DNA from: Octopus sinensis
Taxonomy: Eukaryota
Assembly: GCF_006345805.1 (NCBI RefSeq)
Contig: NC_043013.1
Location: 20,336,001 to 20,400,000 of the forward strand
Length of the DNA: 64,000 nt
Direction: 5' to 3'
Position numbers and translations under genes: made by a program. The notes beneath the pieces are model-generated. The model was not told the DNA's origin, did no database searches, and was given only the letters and a program-made list of their open reading frames with translations. Below, piece by piece: positions 63,381-64,000 of this stretch. Position 1 is the stretch's first letter. Each line of letters starts with the position of its first letter.

Positions 63381-63553
63381 TGAACTCTTTTATATCTTTC
63401 AGTGATAACTGCGCCCTCACCTCTTATTATTTTTTCCATCCTACTTCCTAAAATTAACATCTTTGTAAGTCACAGCTCTTGTGAGAAAATGTGTTTATTT
63501 GCAAATATGTTGATAGGCATATAACATATGTCTGTTTCTCTCCTTCTCTCTGA

Positions 63554-63655
<102 letters not shown>

Positions 63656-63950
63656 TTTCTCCATCCTTTATAATTTTTTTTCTCCTTTTATGATTGTCCC
63701 AAAACTACTCTCTCTGTCTATTTACCCCCTCTCTGCTTTTCTTTCTCCGCCTTTTTTTTTTAAAAAAAAGCTGTATTCTCATCTTCTAAACAAAGCAAAA
63801 AAGAATCCGAATTCATATAAAAGAACAACGAAACGTTGTTTTGATTTTGTTTTGACGAGTTCGATAAACGAACGAAGGCGCAAATAAAAAATTATCGAAT
63901 ATTCTGATTGTCCCTTTCTGTCTGTCTGTCTGTCTCTTTCTCTCTCTATG

Positions 63951-63981
<31 letters not shown>

Positions 63982-64000
63982 TTATGTGTGTGTGTGTGTG

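Overview
Very AT-rich, microsatellite-saturated animal genomic DNA. The repeat families are ones I associate with octopus (coleoid cephalopod) genomes; this is recognition, not a database result. No complete host gene, true tRNA/rRNA gene or CRISPR array is visible, and most ORF-track entries are microsatellite translations. The window is a graveyard of mobile elements. It holds three tRNA-headed SINE families (here A, B, C), a (GAT)n-tailed repeat (D) and decayed LINEs (RTE, CR1, Tx1/L1, R4/Dong-like RLE). It also holds Penelope-like elements (PLEs), non-autonomous Helitrons, Tc1/mariner, hAT and other TIR elements, and a piggyBac transposase pseudogene. Short unique islands with splice signals probably belong to one or more long-intron host genes that I cannot assemble or name. 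Best leads: (1) several PLE-type foldback elements carrying minimal hammerhead-ribozyme folds, one with a compensatory G3-C8 core; (2) a CpG-sparing, G-poor composition in one PLE copy that may reflect deaminase/RIP-like mutation; (3) a pre-miRNA-like hairpin at 40198-40306; (4) an ATG-less exon-like ORF encoding a 9-aa His/Asn/Gln repeat at 48772-49047; (5) SINE multimers apparently made by template switching, and head-to-tail, end-swapped Helitrons.
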